DNA from: Lachnospiraceae bacterium
GTDB lineage: Bacteria > Bacillota > Clostridia > Lachnospirales > Lachnospiraceae
Assembly: GCA_045617445.1 (NCBI GenBank)
Contig: JAZLIP010000061.1
Location: 1 to 33,856 of the forward strand
Direction of reading: 5' to 3'
DNA length: 33,856 bases
Each line of letters opens with the position of its first letter. The stretch's first letter is position 1. The notes under the pieces were generated by a model. That model did not search any database. It saw nothing but the letters and a program-made list of their open reading frames with translations, and was not told the DNA's origin. Positions 9,403-17,814 of this stretch are shown here, piece by piece. A program made the translations under genes and the position numbers.

Positions 9403-12400
9403 ATGGGATTCACAGATGAGCAAAGACGGGCAATTGAATTAAGGGATAAGAATCTTCTGCTTTCTGCTGCGGCGGGATCGGGAAAGACGACGGTGCTTGT
9501 TGAACGTATTATTGGACGCATTCTTGATGAAGATAATCCGGTTGATGTTGATCGATTACTGGTTTGTACGTTTACAAAGGCTGCGGCCGAGCAGATGAAA
9601 GACAAGATATTTAGAGCAATTGAAGAGAGAAGAATCGCTGACCCTTATAATAAGCATTTAATTAAACAGGCATCGCTTATTCACAATGCGCATATAACTA
9701 CGATACATGGTTTTTGTCTTGAAGTAATACGGAATCATTTTCATGAAATCGGGTTAAATCCTGATTTTAGAGTGGGGGATGAAGGCGAATGCTCTCTTAT
9801 GCGTAATGATGCGCTTGAATTGGTTTTGGAGAATGCCTACAAGGAAGGCAGAGAATCTTTTGTTATCACGTCTGAATCAATTGCATCTAAAAAGGATGAC
9901 AGAAGTCTGCCACCGGTTATCGAAAGATTATACAATCTTGCGGTCAGCAATCCTTACCCTGAATTGTGGCTTGAATCATGTCTTGAGCCTTTTGAAGTGG
10001 AAAATTATGAAGAATTTGGCGGATTGGAATTTGTAAGATATCTTATCTCTTATGTCAAAGCAAGCTTTGAAGATGCACTTAAAAGTGCAAAAAATGCTTA
10101 TGAAATATGCTGTGATATTGATGGCCCGTATATGTATAAGGAGGCATTTGACTCTGATATAGAGTTCCTTGAAAATATGTGCGAACTGTCAGCGTATGAT
10201 GAATATTATAATGTGTTGAAAGGGTTAGCCTTTAAAACGCTTGGGCGAGCAAAAAAAAATGGACCTTATGTAGATGTTGACATACAGAACCGGGTAAAAA
10301 ATATAAGAGAATCCTATAAAAAGGGAATAACCGCAATTGCATCGGAAATTTTTGGAAAAAGCCTTTTGGAACAGTTCGTACTTATGAAAAAAACATATCC
10401 GATTGCATGTGAACTTGTAAAGCTTACAATTGAGATGAAAAACAGATATTCCGAAATGAAACGCAGGAAGAATATAGTTGATTTTAATGATTTGGAGCAT
10501 TTCTGTATTGAGATTCTTGAAAGCTCCAATTCTGAAACAGCAAACGAATATCGGAATTATTTTGAAGAAATATATGTGGACGAATATCAGGACAGTAATC
10601 TTGTTCAGGAGAAGATGCTTACTCTTATTTGTCGCCGAAACAATATGTTTATGGTTGGTGACGTCAAACAAAGCATATATAAATTCCGAATGGCACGACC
10701 TGAACTTTTTATGGAGAAGTATGATTCTTTTTCTGACAGTGATGGTGAAAATATACGAATAGACTTGCATCATAATTTCAGAAGCCGTGAGAGTGTTCTT
10801 GATTCGGTCAATGAATTGTTTTATAAAATAATGTCAAAAGAAAACGGTGGAATTGATTACGATAAGAAGGCTGCACTTTACGCAGGCTTAAAATTCCCAC
10901 CGGTTTCCGATAAGTTTAAGAAGACAGAGTTACTTCTTGTGAATAAGGAGGATGGAATAAACAGTAAGGAACTTGAGGCTAAGGCAATTGCATTTAGGAT
11001 AAAAAGAATGTTTGCCGATGGTCAGGAGGTTACGGATGAATCAGGAGAAAGTCTTCGTGCATTGAAATATTCGGATATTGTTATTCTTCTTAGGAGCGCT
11101 TCGGGATATGATGAAATTTTCAAAAGAATTCTAAGTGCAGAAGGAATTCCTGTTGATGTTGTAAGTGCCACCGGCTATTTCTCGGCACGTGAAGTTTCAG
11201 TGTTGCTTGATTACTTGAAAATTATTGATAACCCAAAACAAGATATACCTTTGACGGCATGTTTACGTTCGTATTTCGGTGGATTTAGTAACAGCGAACT
11301 GGTTTTTGTTGTGAAAATCAAGGAAAATGCAGAATTATATGAGAAACTGAAATTTATTGCCAATGCATCTAAGGAGGAAATTGAAACTGCCGGTAAGGAG
11401 TTTCCTGATGCATTTGATTTCGGGAAAATACAAGTAAAAGTCAGAACTTTTCTTGAAGAGCTTGATAGATGGCGACAGAGAGTACCTTATACACCAATTT
11501 ATGAAATACTTAATGAAATAATAGATGGAAATTATGGACTGAGTGTTTTGTCGGAGAAGAATGGAGAGAAAAAATATGCCAATCTTAATATGCTTCTTAA
11601 GAAAGCACGTGATTTTAGCGAAACAAGTTTTAAAGGTCTTTTTCATTTTGTAAGATATATTGAGGTCCTTCATAAATATGATATTGATTATGGTGAGGCA
11701 AATGTTTCTTCTGCTGATTCGGATGCAGTCAAAATCATGACCATTCATAAGAGCAAAGGTCTTGAATTCCCGATATGTTTTATTGCGGGTATGAACAAGA
11801 AATACAATTTTTCGGACAAAGATGGTTTGGTTGTGCCTGATATGGATTACGGTCTCGGAATTGATTATATAGATCTTGATAAGAGAATCAAAGAGAAAAC
11901 ATTGCTTGAAATTGTGAATTCACGCAAAATTGTCGATGAAAGTTGTAATGAAGAACAACGTATTTTATATGTTGCGATGACTCGCGCTAAGGAAAAATTA
12001 ATAATGACCGGAGTAGTCAAAGAAGCCGAGGAGTATTTTACGAAAGCGAAGAATTTGTCTAAATGTATTTCGTACCTGGACTTGTTTTCCTATGCAAACA
12101 GTATTGAAGAGTTGAAGAATGTTGCGGTCAATACAGTATCAATATCATCACTTGTCGAGGCTGAAGTTTCCGAAGGAATAAATCTTGAATTGAATCGTTT
12201 ACAAATTGAAAATATACTTTGCGGAAAAGAATCGGTTCCGTTATCTGAGTTTTTAATTGAAAGAATGAACTATTCTTATTTGCATGAGAATGACGCGGAT
12301 GTTTGTCGGAAGATTTCGGTTACGGAATTAAAAAAGAGAAGTATGCATGTGCCGGTGAGTGAAAATGATTTGCCGGAGGATAGTGTGCAACTGATTAAAA

Positions 12401-12948
12401 CTGAACGCGAAACGAGAATTCCCAAATTCCTTGAAAAAAAGATAGAAAAATTACCGGCAAATGTTCATGGTACGGCAGTTCACAGGGCTTTTGAATTGTG
12501 GGATTACAATGAAGACTGTGATTTTAAGTCAATTGAAGGTTTTCTTGCAAAGACCTCAAAGGATGGACGTTTGGAAGAAACATTGGCCGCTGATATTAAG
12601 GTACATGAGATAGCGGATTTTTTGAACAGTGATATTGCAAGGCGAATGAAAGCTGCTTTTATGAGGGGAGAATTAAAACGCGAGCAGCCGTTTGTTTTTG
12701 AAACAGAGGGAATGCTTGTTCAAGGAATAATTGATGCATTTTTTCTTGAAGATGATGAAATAGTAATTGTAGATTACAAAACAGATCGGGTTGGAAGCGT
12801 TTCCGAACTTGCTGACAGATACAAAGTTCAGCTTGAATATTACGGAAAAGCTCTCTCACGTATACTTGAAAGAAAAGTGAAAGAATTGGTAATATATTCA
12901 ACCTATCATAAAAAAACTGTAATTATTAATTCGACTGTGATAAACTGA
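9403..12948 (+). CDS. addA: Helicase-nuclease AddAB, subunit A (UvrD/Rep-type helicase plus RecB-type nuclease)
   Basis: 1181-aa ORF. SF1 helicase motifs AAAGSGKTT, VDEYQDSN, TIHKSKGLEFP and LYVAMTRAKEKL. C-terminal nuclease block GIIDAFF..IVIVDYKTD. Confidence 0.92.
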   Translation: MGFTDEQRRAIELRDKNLLLSAAAGSGKTTVLVERIIGRILDEDNPVDVDRLLVCTFTKAAAEQMKDKIFRAIEERRIADPYNKHLIKQASLIHNAHITTIHGFCLEVIRNHFHEIGLNPDFRVGDEGECSLMRNDALELVLENAYKEGRESFVITSESIASKKDDRSLPPVIERLYNLAVSNPYPELWLESCLEPFEVENYEEFGGLEFVRYLISYVKASFEDALKSAKNAYEICCDIDGPYMYKEAFDSDIEFLENMCELSAYDEYYNVLKGLAFKTLGRAKKNGPYVDVDIQNRVKNIRESYKKGITAIASEIFGKSLLEQFVLMKKTYPIACELVKLTIEMKNRYSEMKRRKNIVDFNDLEHFCIEILESSNSETANEYRNYFEEIYVDEYQDSNLVQEKMLTLICRRNNMFMVGDVKQSIYKFRMARPELFMEKYDSFSDSDGENIRIDLHHNFRSRESVLDSVNELFYKIMSKENGGIDYDKKAALYAGLKFPPVSDKFKKTELLLVNKEDGINSKELEAKAIAFRIKRMFADGQEVTDESGESLRALKYSDIVILLRSASGYDEIFKRILSAEGIPVDVVSATGYFSAREVSVLLDYLKIIDNPKQDIPLTACLRSYFGGFSNSELVFVVKIKENAELYEKLKFIANASKEEIETAGKEFPDAFDFGKIQVKVRTFLEELDRWRQRVPYTPIYEILNEIIDGNYGLSVLSEKNGEKKYANLNMLLKKARDFSETSFKGLFHFVRYIEVLHKYDIDYGEANVSSADSDAVKIMTIHKSKGLEFPICFIAGMNKKYNFSDKDGLVVPDMDYGLGIDYIDLDKRIKEKTLLEIVNSRKIVDESCNEEQRILYVAMTRAKEKLIMTGVVKEAEEYFTKAKNLSKCISYLDLFSYANSIEELKNVAVNTVSISSLVEAEVSEGINLELNRLQIENILCGKESVPLSEFLIERMNYSYLHENDADVCRKISVTELKKRSMHVPVSENDLPEDSVQLIKTERETRIPKFLEKKIEKLPANVHGTAVHRAFELWDYNEDCDFKSIEGFLAKTSKDGRLEETLAADIKVHEIADFLNSDIARRMKAAFMRGELKREQPFVFETEGMLVQGIIDAFFLEDDEIVIVDYKTDRVGSVSELADRYKVQLEYYGKALSRILERKVKELVIYSTYHKKTVIINSTVIN

Positions 12949-12965
12949 ATCTATGAATTTCATAT

Positions 12966-12999
12966 AGTTACTATTCAGTGGTAGGTGGGAACAGTAACT
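12966..12999. repeat. R-element copy 2 (variant)
   Basis: agttactattcagtggtaggtgggaacagtaact. Perfect 7-bp arms AGTTACT/AGTAACT plus an inner TTC/GAA pair. It lies 18 nt after the addA stop and shares GAACAGTAAC with copies 1 and 3. Confidence 0.55.
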
Positions 13000-13029
13000 G
13001 CGAATATTATAGAGTAAGCGGAGGGCATA

Positions 13030-13596
13030 ATGAAGGTTAAAATAGATTACAAAACTGTTTGTTCCGTCCTTTTTGGATGCTTTGTTGTTTCTGCTGTTAA
13101 TTTTATTATAGCATCTAATGCTAATGGGCTTAAACGTGTCGAAATTATATTATGCGGTGGTGTTGTAATTGTTTTGGCTTCGCTGTACGGAAGTATTACC
13201 GGGATTTTTGTTCCTATCACTGCAGGCTTTGTATGCGCCTCGGTTTTGCCGGGAACTTTGGCAATGGAAGAACTTGTGGTTCTTTTGATACTTGGCTTTT
13301 CTTCAGGACATTATTCCGATAAATTTAAAATTACCGAAGGAGAGTTTAAGGGTCGATGTGTTGTGGATTTTATTTTAATCCAAACGACGCTTAATGTGGT
13401 ACTGTCTATATTTGTTTGTCCTATGATTGCTTTTGCGTTTGGCGGCGGTGAAATTGTTAAAGAGTTTCATTTGGGACTGAACCTGTTTTGTATGGCGCTA
13501 CTGTTAGTGATTTTTGTTTGTACGCCTGTTCTTATGATTTTGAGCCGGTGGTTTCGCAAAAAGAATGCAATTGTTGAAGTTACTGTGAATAACTAA
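13030..13596 (+). CDS. Small polytopic membrane protein, function unknown
   Basis: 188-aa ORF with about 5-6 hydrophobic segments. GGAGGG RBS before the ATG. I recognise no diagnostic motif. Confidence 0.6.
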   Translation: MKVKIDYKTVCSVLFGCFVVSAVNFIIASNANGLKRVEIILCGGVVIVLASLYGSITGIFVPITAGFVCASVLPGTLAMEELVVLLILGFSSGHYSDKFKITEGEFKGRCVVDFILIQTTLNVVLSIFVCPMIAFAFGGGEIVKEFHLGLNLFCMALLLVIFVCTPVLMILSRWFRKKNAIVEVTVNN

Positions 13597-13611
13597 GAGG
13601 AAGTATTTGAT

Positions 13612-15429
13612 ATGCTGATTGTTTTGCTAAATTGGATTTATGTGTTTGTGACGTGTTTTATTGTAGGAAATTTTGTTTTACTTCGAATTATGAAGAACCG
13701 AAAATGTGATGTTTCATCTAAGATAGTAGCCGGAATGGCGGTAATTACCGCTTATGCCGGCTATTTCAGTTTGTTTTTGGGTGTTGGAGTTTGCGCCAAC
13801 ATTGTTCTTTGCGTTTGTTGTGTGTTACTTTTGATTGTTGACAAAAAATACTATACCACAGGTATTAAAACGCTATTGTTACTGCTAGGGCAGAAAAGAA
13901 AAGTTAAAGATTACCTTTATACGGTGATTTCAATTGTTGTTGCTTTGATGGTTGTGATATTCACCGCTTCGGGTCGATTTGCATATGACACAGGGCTTTA
14001 TCATGCGCAGAGTATTCGGTGGATTGAAGAATTCGGAGTTGTAAAAGGGCTTGCGTATATGCAGACACGACTTGGATTTAACAGTTCATATTTTTGTTTA
14101 TGTGCACTGTATAGTTTTTCGGACATTTCAAATTCTCTCCACACTTTGTCGGGGTTTCTTGGAACACTTGTAATGCTTCACGCAATAAACGGAATTAAGA
14201 AGCATTTTAGATTTTTCTATTTGGCACCATTTGCGTATTTTGTTATAACTGCTTTTGAAATCATATCGCCGACAACTGATTTTGCTACGATTTGGTTTGT
14301 ACTGTTTTTGTTTACGAAATGGGTTGAGCTTATTATTGAAAATCAGGGCATCAGAGAATTTGATTACGAGTCAATGCAACCGGCACCTGCGGATGATATA
14401 TATGAAATACGACCGTTTACGTATTTGTGTGTGTTTGCCGTTTTTCTTCTTACAATCAAGCTTAGTGCGGCATTTCTTGTGTTGCTTGCTGTGAAACCGG
14501 CAGTTGATCTTATAAGGAAGAAACGTTTTAAGGATATTATTTTGCTTATTGTATCAGCGTTGATACTTATTATTCCTTATTTTGTACGAAATGTTATAAT
14601 TACCGGATGGCTTATTTATCCTTTGCCGGGAATTGATTTATTTAATTTTGACTGGAAAATTCCTTTATCGGGAGTTGAATATGAAGCGGATGAAATTGTT
14701 GTTTGGGCGCGATATACAAAAGATGCCAAACTTATTAATCAGTCTTTTGGAGAATGGGTGCCGGTCTGGTGGCGTGAACAAGGCAGTGGAAACAGATGGC
14801 TTACACTTTCGATGCTGCTTGGTATTGTACTGTTTATAATCAAACTTTTTATGTCGTTTGCTTTGAAAATTTCGTTATACATCAGGAAAAAACATGGGGA
14901 ATTTGTAATTGTCAGTCCAAATATGCGATTTTATAATGAAATGACATATTTTGAGTGTGCAGTATTGTTAAATATTGCATTTTGGTTTATTAAGGCACCT
15001 TCGAACCGATTTGGATATGGTTATATTCTGTTCCTTCCGTTGTTGCTTTTGACTGATGTGGGCTACGCTTTTGAAACCGAAATTTTTAAAGAGAAAATAT
15101 CAAATATGATTAGGTTATTTTTTTCAGCCTGTTGCTGTTTTGTTGTTTTGGTTACTATGCTTAAAGGACTTGGTTATTTTGCAATTTCAGATATTGATGT
15201 AATCAGAAACACTGAAATAGAGGATTACATTGTCTGCCAGAAGGACTATGAAAAATGTGATTATTCTACTAAAGAATGGGAAGGAATGAACCTGTCATTT
15301 CCGAATGAGGAAGGTGCGCAGATATGGTATGATGCGTTTCCTGCAATTTTATATGAGAGTAACCTTGACGGGATAGAGCGTCGGGGACCAAAAATTAGGG
15401 ATGGATTCCGATTATTAAAAGAAAACTAA
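13612..15429 (+). CDS. Large polytopic membrane protein with C-terminal soluble domain (polymerase/glycosyltransferase-like, family unassigned)
   Basis: 605-aa ORF with more than 10 hydrophobic segments. A conserved-looking loop, RFAYDTGLYHAQSIRWIEEFG, follows the fourth helix, and there is a ~90-aa hydrophilic C-terminus. GAGGAAG RBS, 15 nt after the preceding gene. Confidence 0.6.
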   Translation: MLIVLLNWIYVFVTCFIVGNFVLLRIMKNRKCDVSSKIVAGMAVITAYAGYFSLFLGVGVCANIVLCVCCVLLLIVDKKYYTTGIKTLLLLLGQKRKVKDYLYTVISIVVALMVVIFTASGRFAYDTGLYHAQSIRWIEEFGVVKGLAYMQTRLGFNSSYFCLCALYSFSDISNSLHTLSGFLGTLVMLHAINGIKKHFRFFYLAPFAYFVITAFEIISPTTDFATIWFVLFLFTKWVELIIENQGIREFDYESMQPAPADDIYEIRPFTYLCVFAVFLLTIKLSAAFLVLLAVKPAVDLIRKKRFKDIILLIVSALILIIPYFVRNVIITGWLIYPLPGIDLFNFDWKIPLSGVEYEADEIVVWARYTKDAKLINQSFGEWVPVWWREQGSGNRWLTLSMLLGIVLFIIKLFMSFALKISLYIRKKHGEFVIVSPNMRFYNEMTYFECAVLLNIAFWFIKAPSNRFGYGYILFLPLLLLTDVGYAFETEIFKEKISNMIRLFFSACCCFVVLVTMLKGLGYFAISDIDVIRNTEIEDYIVCQKDYEKCDYSTKEWEGMNLSFPNEEGAQIWYDAFPAILYESNLDGIERRGPKIRDGFRLLKEN

Positions 15430-15430
15430 G

Positions 15431-15469
15431 TGTTACAGGTCAGGTACTGAACAGGTACTGAACAGTAAC
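15431..15469. repeat. R-element copy 3, with internal 11-bp tandem duplication
   Basis: tgttacaggtcaggtactgaacaggtactgaacagtaac. It begins 2 nt after the stop codon. caggtactgaa is present twice (15441-15451 and 15452-15462). With one unit removed it differs from copy 1 by one substitution and one indel. Confidence 0.75.
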
Positions 15470-15551
15470 TCCATCGCAAGATAACGTTTTACTGTATTTT
15501 TCGACGGATTTGTGATATGATTGTAAACAGGATTCTGCAATCATAGAAGTC

Positions 15552-15580
15552 TGTTACTGCTCGGGAATCGGACAGTAATC
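15552..15580. repeat. R-element copy 4 (diverged)
   Basis: tgttactgctcgggaatcggacagtaatc. The arms are TTACTG/CAGTAA. It has the same TGTTAC...ACAGTAA(T/C)C frame as the other copies. Confidence 0.5.
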
Positions 15581-15678
15581 GTGTCAGAATCCGGTTTGGT
15601 ACGCTGGTTTTTAAATAGTCGGGTAATAAAGTCCGGTTAATTTAAAGCGGTTGTACTAGTTAGTGGGAGAGAGCAAAC

Positions 15679-16932
15679 ATGGATAGCAACAAGGATAGAA
15701 GAAGGAAAGTTCAATCGGTGCAGGATATGATTGGTATCGGTTCGGAATTTGAAAGGTCGATGCATGGTTCCTTTGACGGAATAGGGCAATCGGGCAGAAA
15801 TAACAGGAATCCTAATATGCCGCCTATGATGAATCAAGGCATGAATCAGGGAATGAATCCTAATATGCCACCTATGATGAATCAAGGCATGAATCCACGG
15901 CAAAATAGTATTTTCCCAAATGATGCCAGTGAAAGGCTTGCAAATGAACTTAGAAAGAATATAAATGGTAGAAATGGTGCGGAATCAAGGGATAATCGTG
16001 AACATTCGAAAAAAAGACACGGGTATTCGGAAAGAAGCGGTGATAATTCAGAAAAATACAGGAATAATTCACAAAATAGCAATTCTGTTGCAAGTTTGCT
16101 GAGAGAATTTTCGGGGATTGCACCATATGCATATTGCGCAATTCTTGTGATATGTCTTATGACGGCATTGATTGCCTACGGAACAACGCATAAAGGGACT
16201 TCTTCCTATAACATTCCTACTGACGGAACTATATTGACGGGGGTTATTCCTGAATTGTTTTTAAAAACTTTGGATGGTGCGACTTCAAATGTTGGTATGT
16301 CGGAAGATGGTACATCGCAAATACCCGAGGCACCCGTTGCAAATACTGATCTTACGGGAAATTCGGGAAGCAGTCAGGTACATACTGTTCCATCAGGAAC
16401 TGATAATGTATCGGGGGCAGCAATGGTCGTTGATAGCGGTGCGGGTGTTCAGGGATATTCGGAAGCTGCTTCTTATTCCGAATTGCTTACACAGATAGAG
16501 AGTGCAATTGCAATCGGTGATGTGAACTTCGTAGGAAGTAAACTTTGCTATAAGGATGATGAAGGTAATATTTGCGGTTATCCGCAGTCGGTAGTGGATT
16601 ATTTCGTATCATATATGTCTTTGGAATCTGAGAAGAGAGCCGGCTTTATTTCAGAAATTACAGCTGATAAATATTCATATACAAACGGTGACGTGTATGT
16701 TGTTTGCCTTCCAAAGATTAAGTTTGTTGTAAATATGGGATATGATAATACGACGGTTTCTTTGTCGGGATTTGCCGATCAAGTTGTAAATGCCGGTGAG
16801 AAAGCGGAAATTGCTCCGTTGTTACCTTGTATGTATACAATTGTTATAAGTAATGACGAATGGCCGGAGTCGACGACAAGATCACTCGAGGCAAATGTGA
16901 ATGAAACACAACTGGCGATAAATATTAAATAA
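15679..16932 (+). CDS. Bitopic membrane protein: disordered N/Q/M/P-rich cytoplasmic N-terminus, one TM helix, extracytoplasmic C-terminal domain; function unknown
   Basis: 417-aa ORF with a GGGAGAG RBS. The N-terminal ~150 aa are low-complexity (NPNMPPMMNQGMNQGM repeated, then R/S/N-rich). A single TM helix (YAYCAILVICLMTALIAYG) is followed by a Ser/Thr/Gly-rich linker and a ~170-aa globular-looking region. Confidence 0.65.
   Translation: MDSNKDRRRKVQSVQDMIGIGSEFERSMHGSFDGIGQSGRNNRNPNMPPMMNQGMNQGMNPNMPPMMNQGMNPRQNSIFPNDASERLANELRKNINGRNGAESRDNREHSKKRHGYSERSGDNSEKYRNNSQNSNSVASLLREFSGIAPYAYCAILVICLMTALIAYGTTHKGTSSYNIPTDGTILTGVIPELFLKTLDGATSNVGMSEDGTSQIPEAPVANTDLTGNSGSSQVHTVPSGTDNVSGAAMVVDSGAGVQGYSEAASYSELLTQIESAIAIGDVNFVGSKLCYKDDEGNICGYPQSVVDYFVSYMSLESEKRAGFISEITADKYSYTNGDVYVVCLPKIKFVVNMGYDNTTVSLSGFADQVVNAGEKAEIAPLLPCMYTIVISNDEWPESTTRSLEANVNETQLAINIK
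15808..15897 (+). repeat. 48-nt in-frame tandem repeat (about 1.9 units) inside the CDS
   Basis: aatcctaatatgccNcctatgatgaatcaaggcatgaatc occurs at 15808 and again at 15856 with a single substitution. Each unit encodes NPNMPPMMNQGMN. Confidence 0.9.
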
Positions 16933-16990
16933 TGGGAGCCGGCTTAAGATAAATGAGTGGAGCTAAAGTAAAATCAAAGTGGGGAAAGCA

Positions 16991-17722
16991 ATGAAATTGA
17001 AAAAAGATGAACTCAAGTTATCTGTTATAATGCCATGTTACAATGAAATGGGTACACTTGAGGATGTAATTGACTCGGTAAGAAATTGTGGAATTAAGAA
17101 TTTAGAAATAATCATAGTTGATGATTGTTCTACGGATGGTACGCGTGAATTGTTGCAGACGGAACTTGGAAAGAAGGTAGAACGTGTATTGTATCACAAA
17201 AAAAATATGGGAAAGGGTGCCGCTCTTCGAAATGGTTTTCAAGCTGCAACAGGTGATCTTGTTGTAGTTCAGGATGCTGATTCGGAATACGATCCGAAAG
17301 ATTACCTGACGCTTATAGAACCTTTTACTACAGGTCGTGGTGATGCCGAGGTTGTATATGGAAGCAGATATGCCAGAAGTGAAAAATATATGATTAAACG
17401 TTTCTATCATAGTGCTGGGAACAAATTTCTCACATTCATGTCAAATGTATTTTCTGATTTGGCTCTTACTGATATGGAAACTTGTTATAAAATGTTCAGA
17501 AGAGAAATAATTCAAAGCATTCCTATAAAGGAAGACAGATTCGGTTTTGAACCGGAGATTACGGCAAAAATTGCCAAGAAGAAATGCAAGATTTATGAGG
17601 TCCCGATTTCTTACTACCCAAGAAGTTATGATGAAGGTAAGAAAATCGGAGTTAAAGATGGTTTCAGAGCGATTTATTGTATTTTGAAATACAATTTGTT
17701 TGATCATTCATACAGAGGTTAA
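16991..17722 (+). CDS. GT2 glycosyltransferase, DPM1/Ppm1-like polyprenyl-phosphate hexose synthase (soluble form, no C-terminal TM helices)
   Basis: Motifs SVIMPCYNE, IIIVDDCSTDGT, VQDADSEYDP, FGFEPEITAKI and YEVPISYYPRSYDEGKKIG. I prefer the ATG at 16991 (GGGGA RBS 5 nt upstream) over the GTG at 16979 used by the ORF track. Confidence 0.8.
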   Translation: MKLKKDELKLSVIMPCYNEMGTLEDVIDSVRNCGIKNLEIIIVDDCSTDGTRELLQTELGKKVERVLYHKKNMGKGAALRNGFQAATGDLVVVQDADSEYDPKDYLTLIEPFTTGRGDAEVVYGSRYARSEKYMIKRFYHSAGNKFLTFMSNVFSDLALTDMETCYKMFRREIIQSIPIKEDRFGFEPEITAKIAKKKCKIYEVPISYYPRSYDEGKKIGVKDGFRAIYCILKYNLFDHSYRG

Positions 17723-17728
17723 TTTAGA

Positions 17729-17753
17729 AAGAATCCGCCATCGGCGGATTCTT
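17729..17753 (+). terminator. Hairpin terminator candidate after the GT2 gene
   Basis: AAGAATCCGCC (17729-17739) pairs perfectly with GGCGGATTCTT (17743-17753). The loop is very short and the downstream T tract is only moderate (ttgtcgatt). Confidence 0.55.
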
Positions 17754-17814
17754 GTCGATTCATGATAAAAGGAAGAGTTTAGAAACGCACATTTCGTTTG
17801 GAGGGGAACAGATT

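Noticed and set aside
10251-10259. Homopolymer tracts that might mediate slipped-strand phase variation: A9 in addA, T8 at 4912-4919, 21526-21533 and 21775-21782, and A8 at 17198-17205.
   Set aside because: Tracts of 7-9 A/T are common in AT-rich genomes. All are currently in frame, and none sits in a suspiciously truncated gene. Nothing here indicates switching.
10225-10773. 182-aa antisense ORF inside addA. Many other 60-137-aa ORFs from the track overlap the large genes on the opposite strand or in other frames (for example 493-681, 6129-6801, 11335-11748, 23330-23995, 24904-25370, 30696-31252, 31535-31873).
   Set aside because: Each lies wholly inside a long ORF that has strong family motifs. 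They have odd compositions (Ile/Phe/Lys/Asn-rich, or Cys/Ser-rich), no RBS and no recognisable motifs. Such ORFs are expected by chance in AT-rich DNA.
15521-15534. The 14-nt string TTGTAAACAGGATT is shared with 3222-3235 (in the glnN downstream hairpin).
   Set aside because: The similarity does not extend into the flanks. By a rough order-of-magnitude estimate, a single 14-mer coincidence is not unexpected in an AT-rich window of this size when both strands are considered.
15431-15580. R copies 3 and 4 flank an ~82-bp segment, which could be a phase-variable invertible promoter (inverton) upstream of a surface-protein gene.
   Set aside because: Each copy is itself a hairpin rather than one arm of a long inverted repeat. 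I found no convincing promoter in either orientation between them and no recombinase gene in the window. Read-pair orientation analysis would be needed to revive this idea.
15637-15903. His/Ile-rich 88-aa minus-strand ORF with an internal repeat (IHALIHHR.HIRI).
   Set aside because: It is the reverse-complement shadow of the 48-nt tandem repeat in the + strand gene 15679-16932, and its periodicity is inherited from that repeat.
17752-17814. N-terminal extensions in the ORF track (17752 for dgt, 16979 for GT2, 24070 for GT11, 25982, 27856, 29507, 30239 for groES, 30642 for groEL, 19360).
   Set aside because: These use GTT-rich or non-ATG starts without a spaced RBS. In each case a downstream ATG has a good Shine-Dalgarno sequence. 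The 17752 start lies inside the terminator hairpin, and the groES/groEL extensions contradict well-known N-termini.
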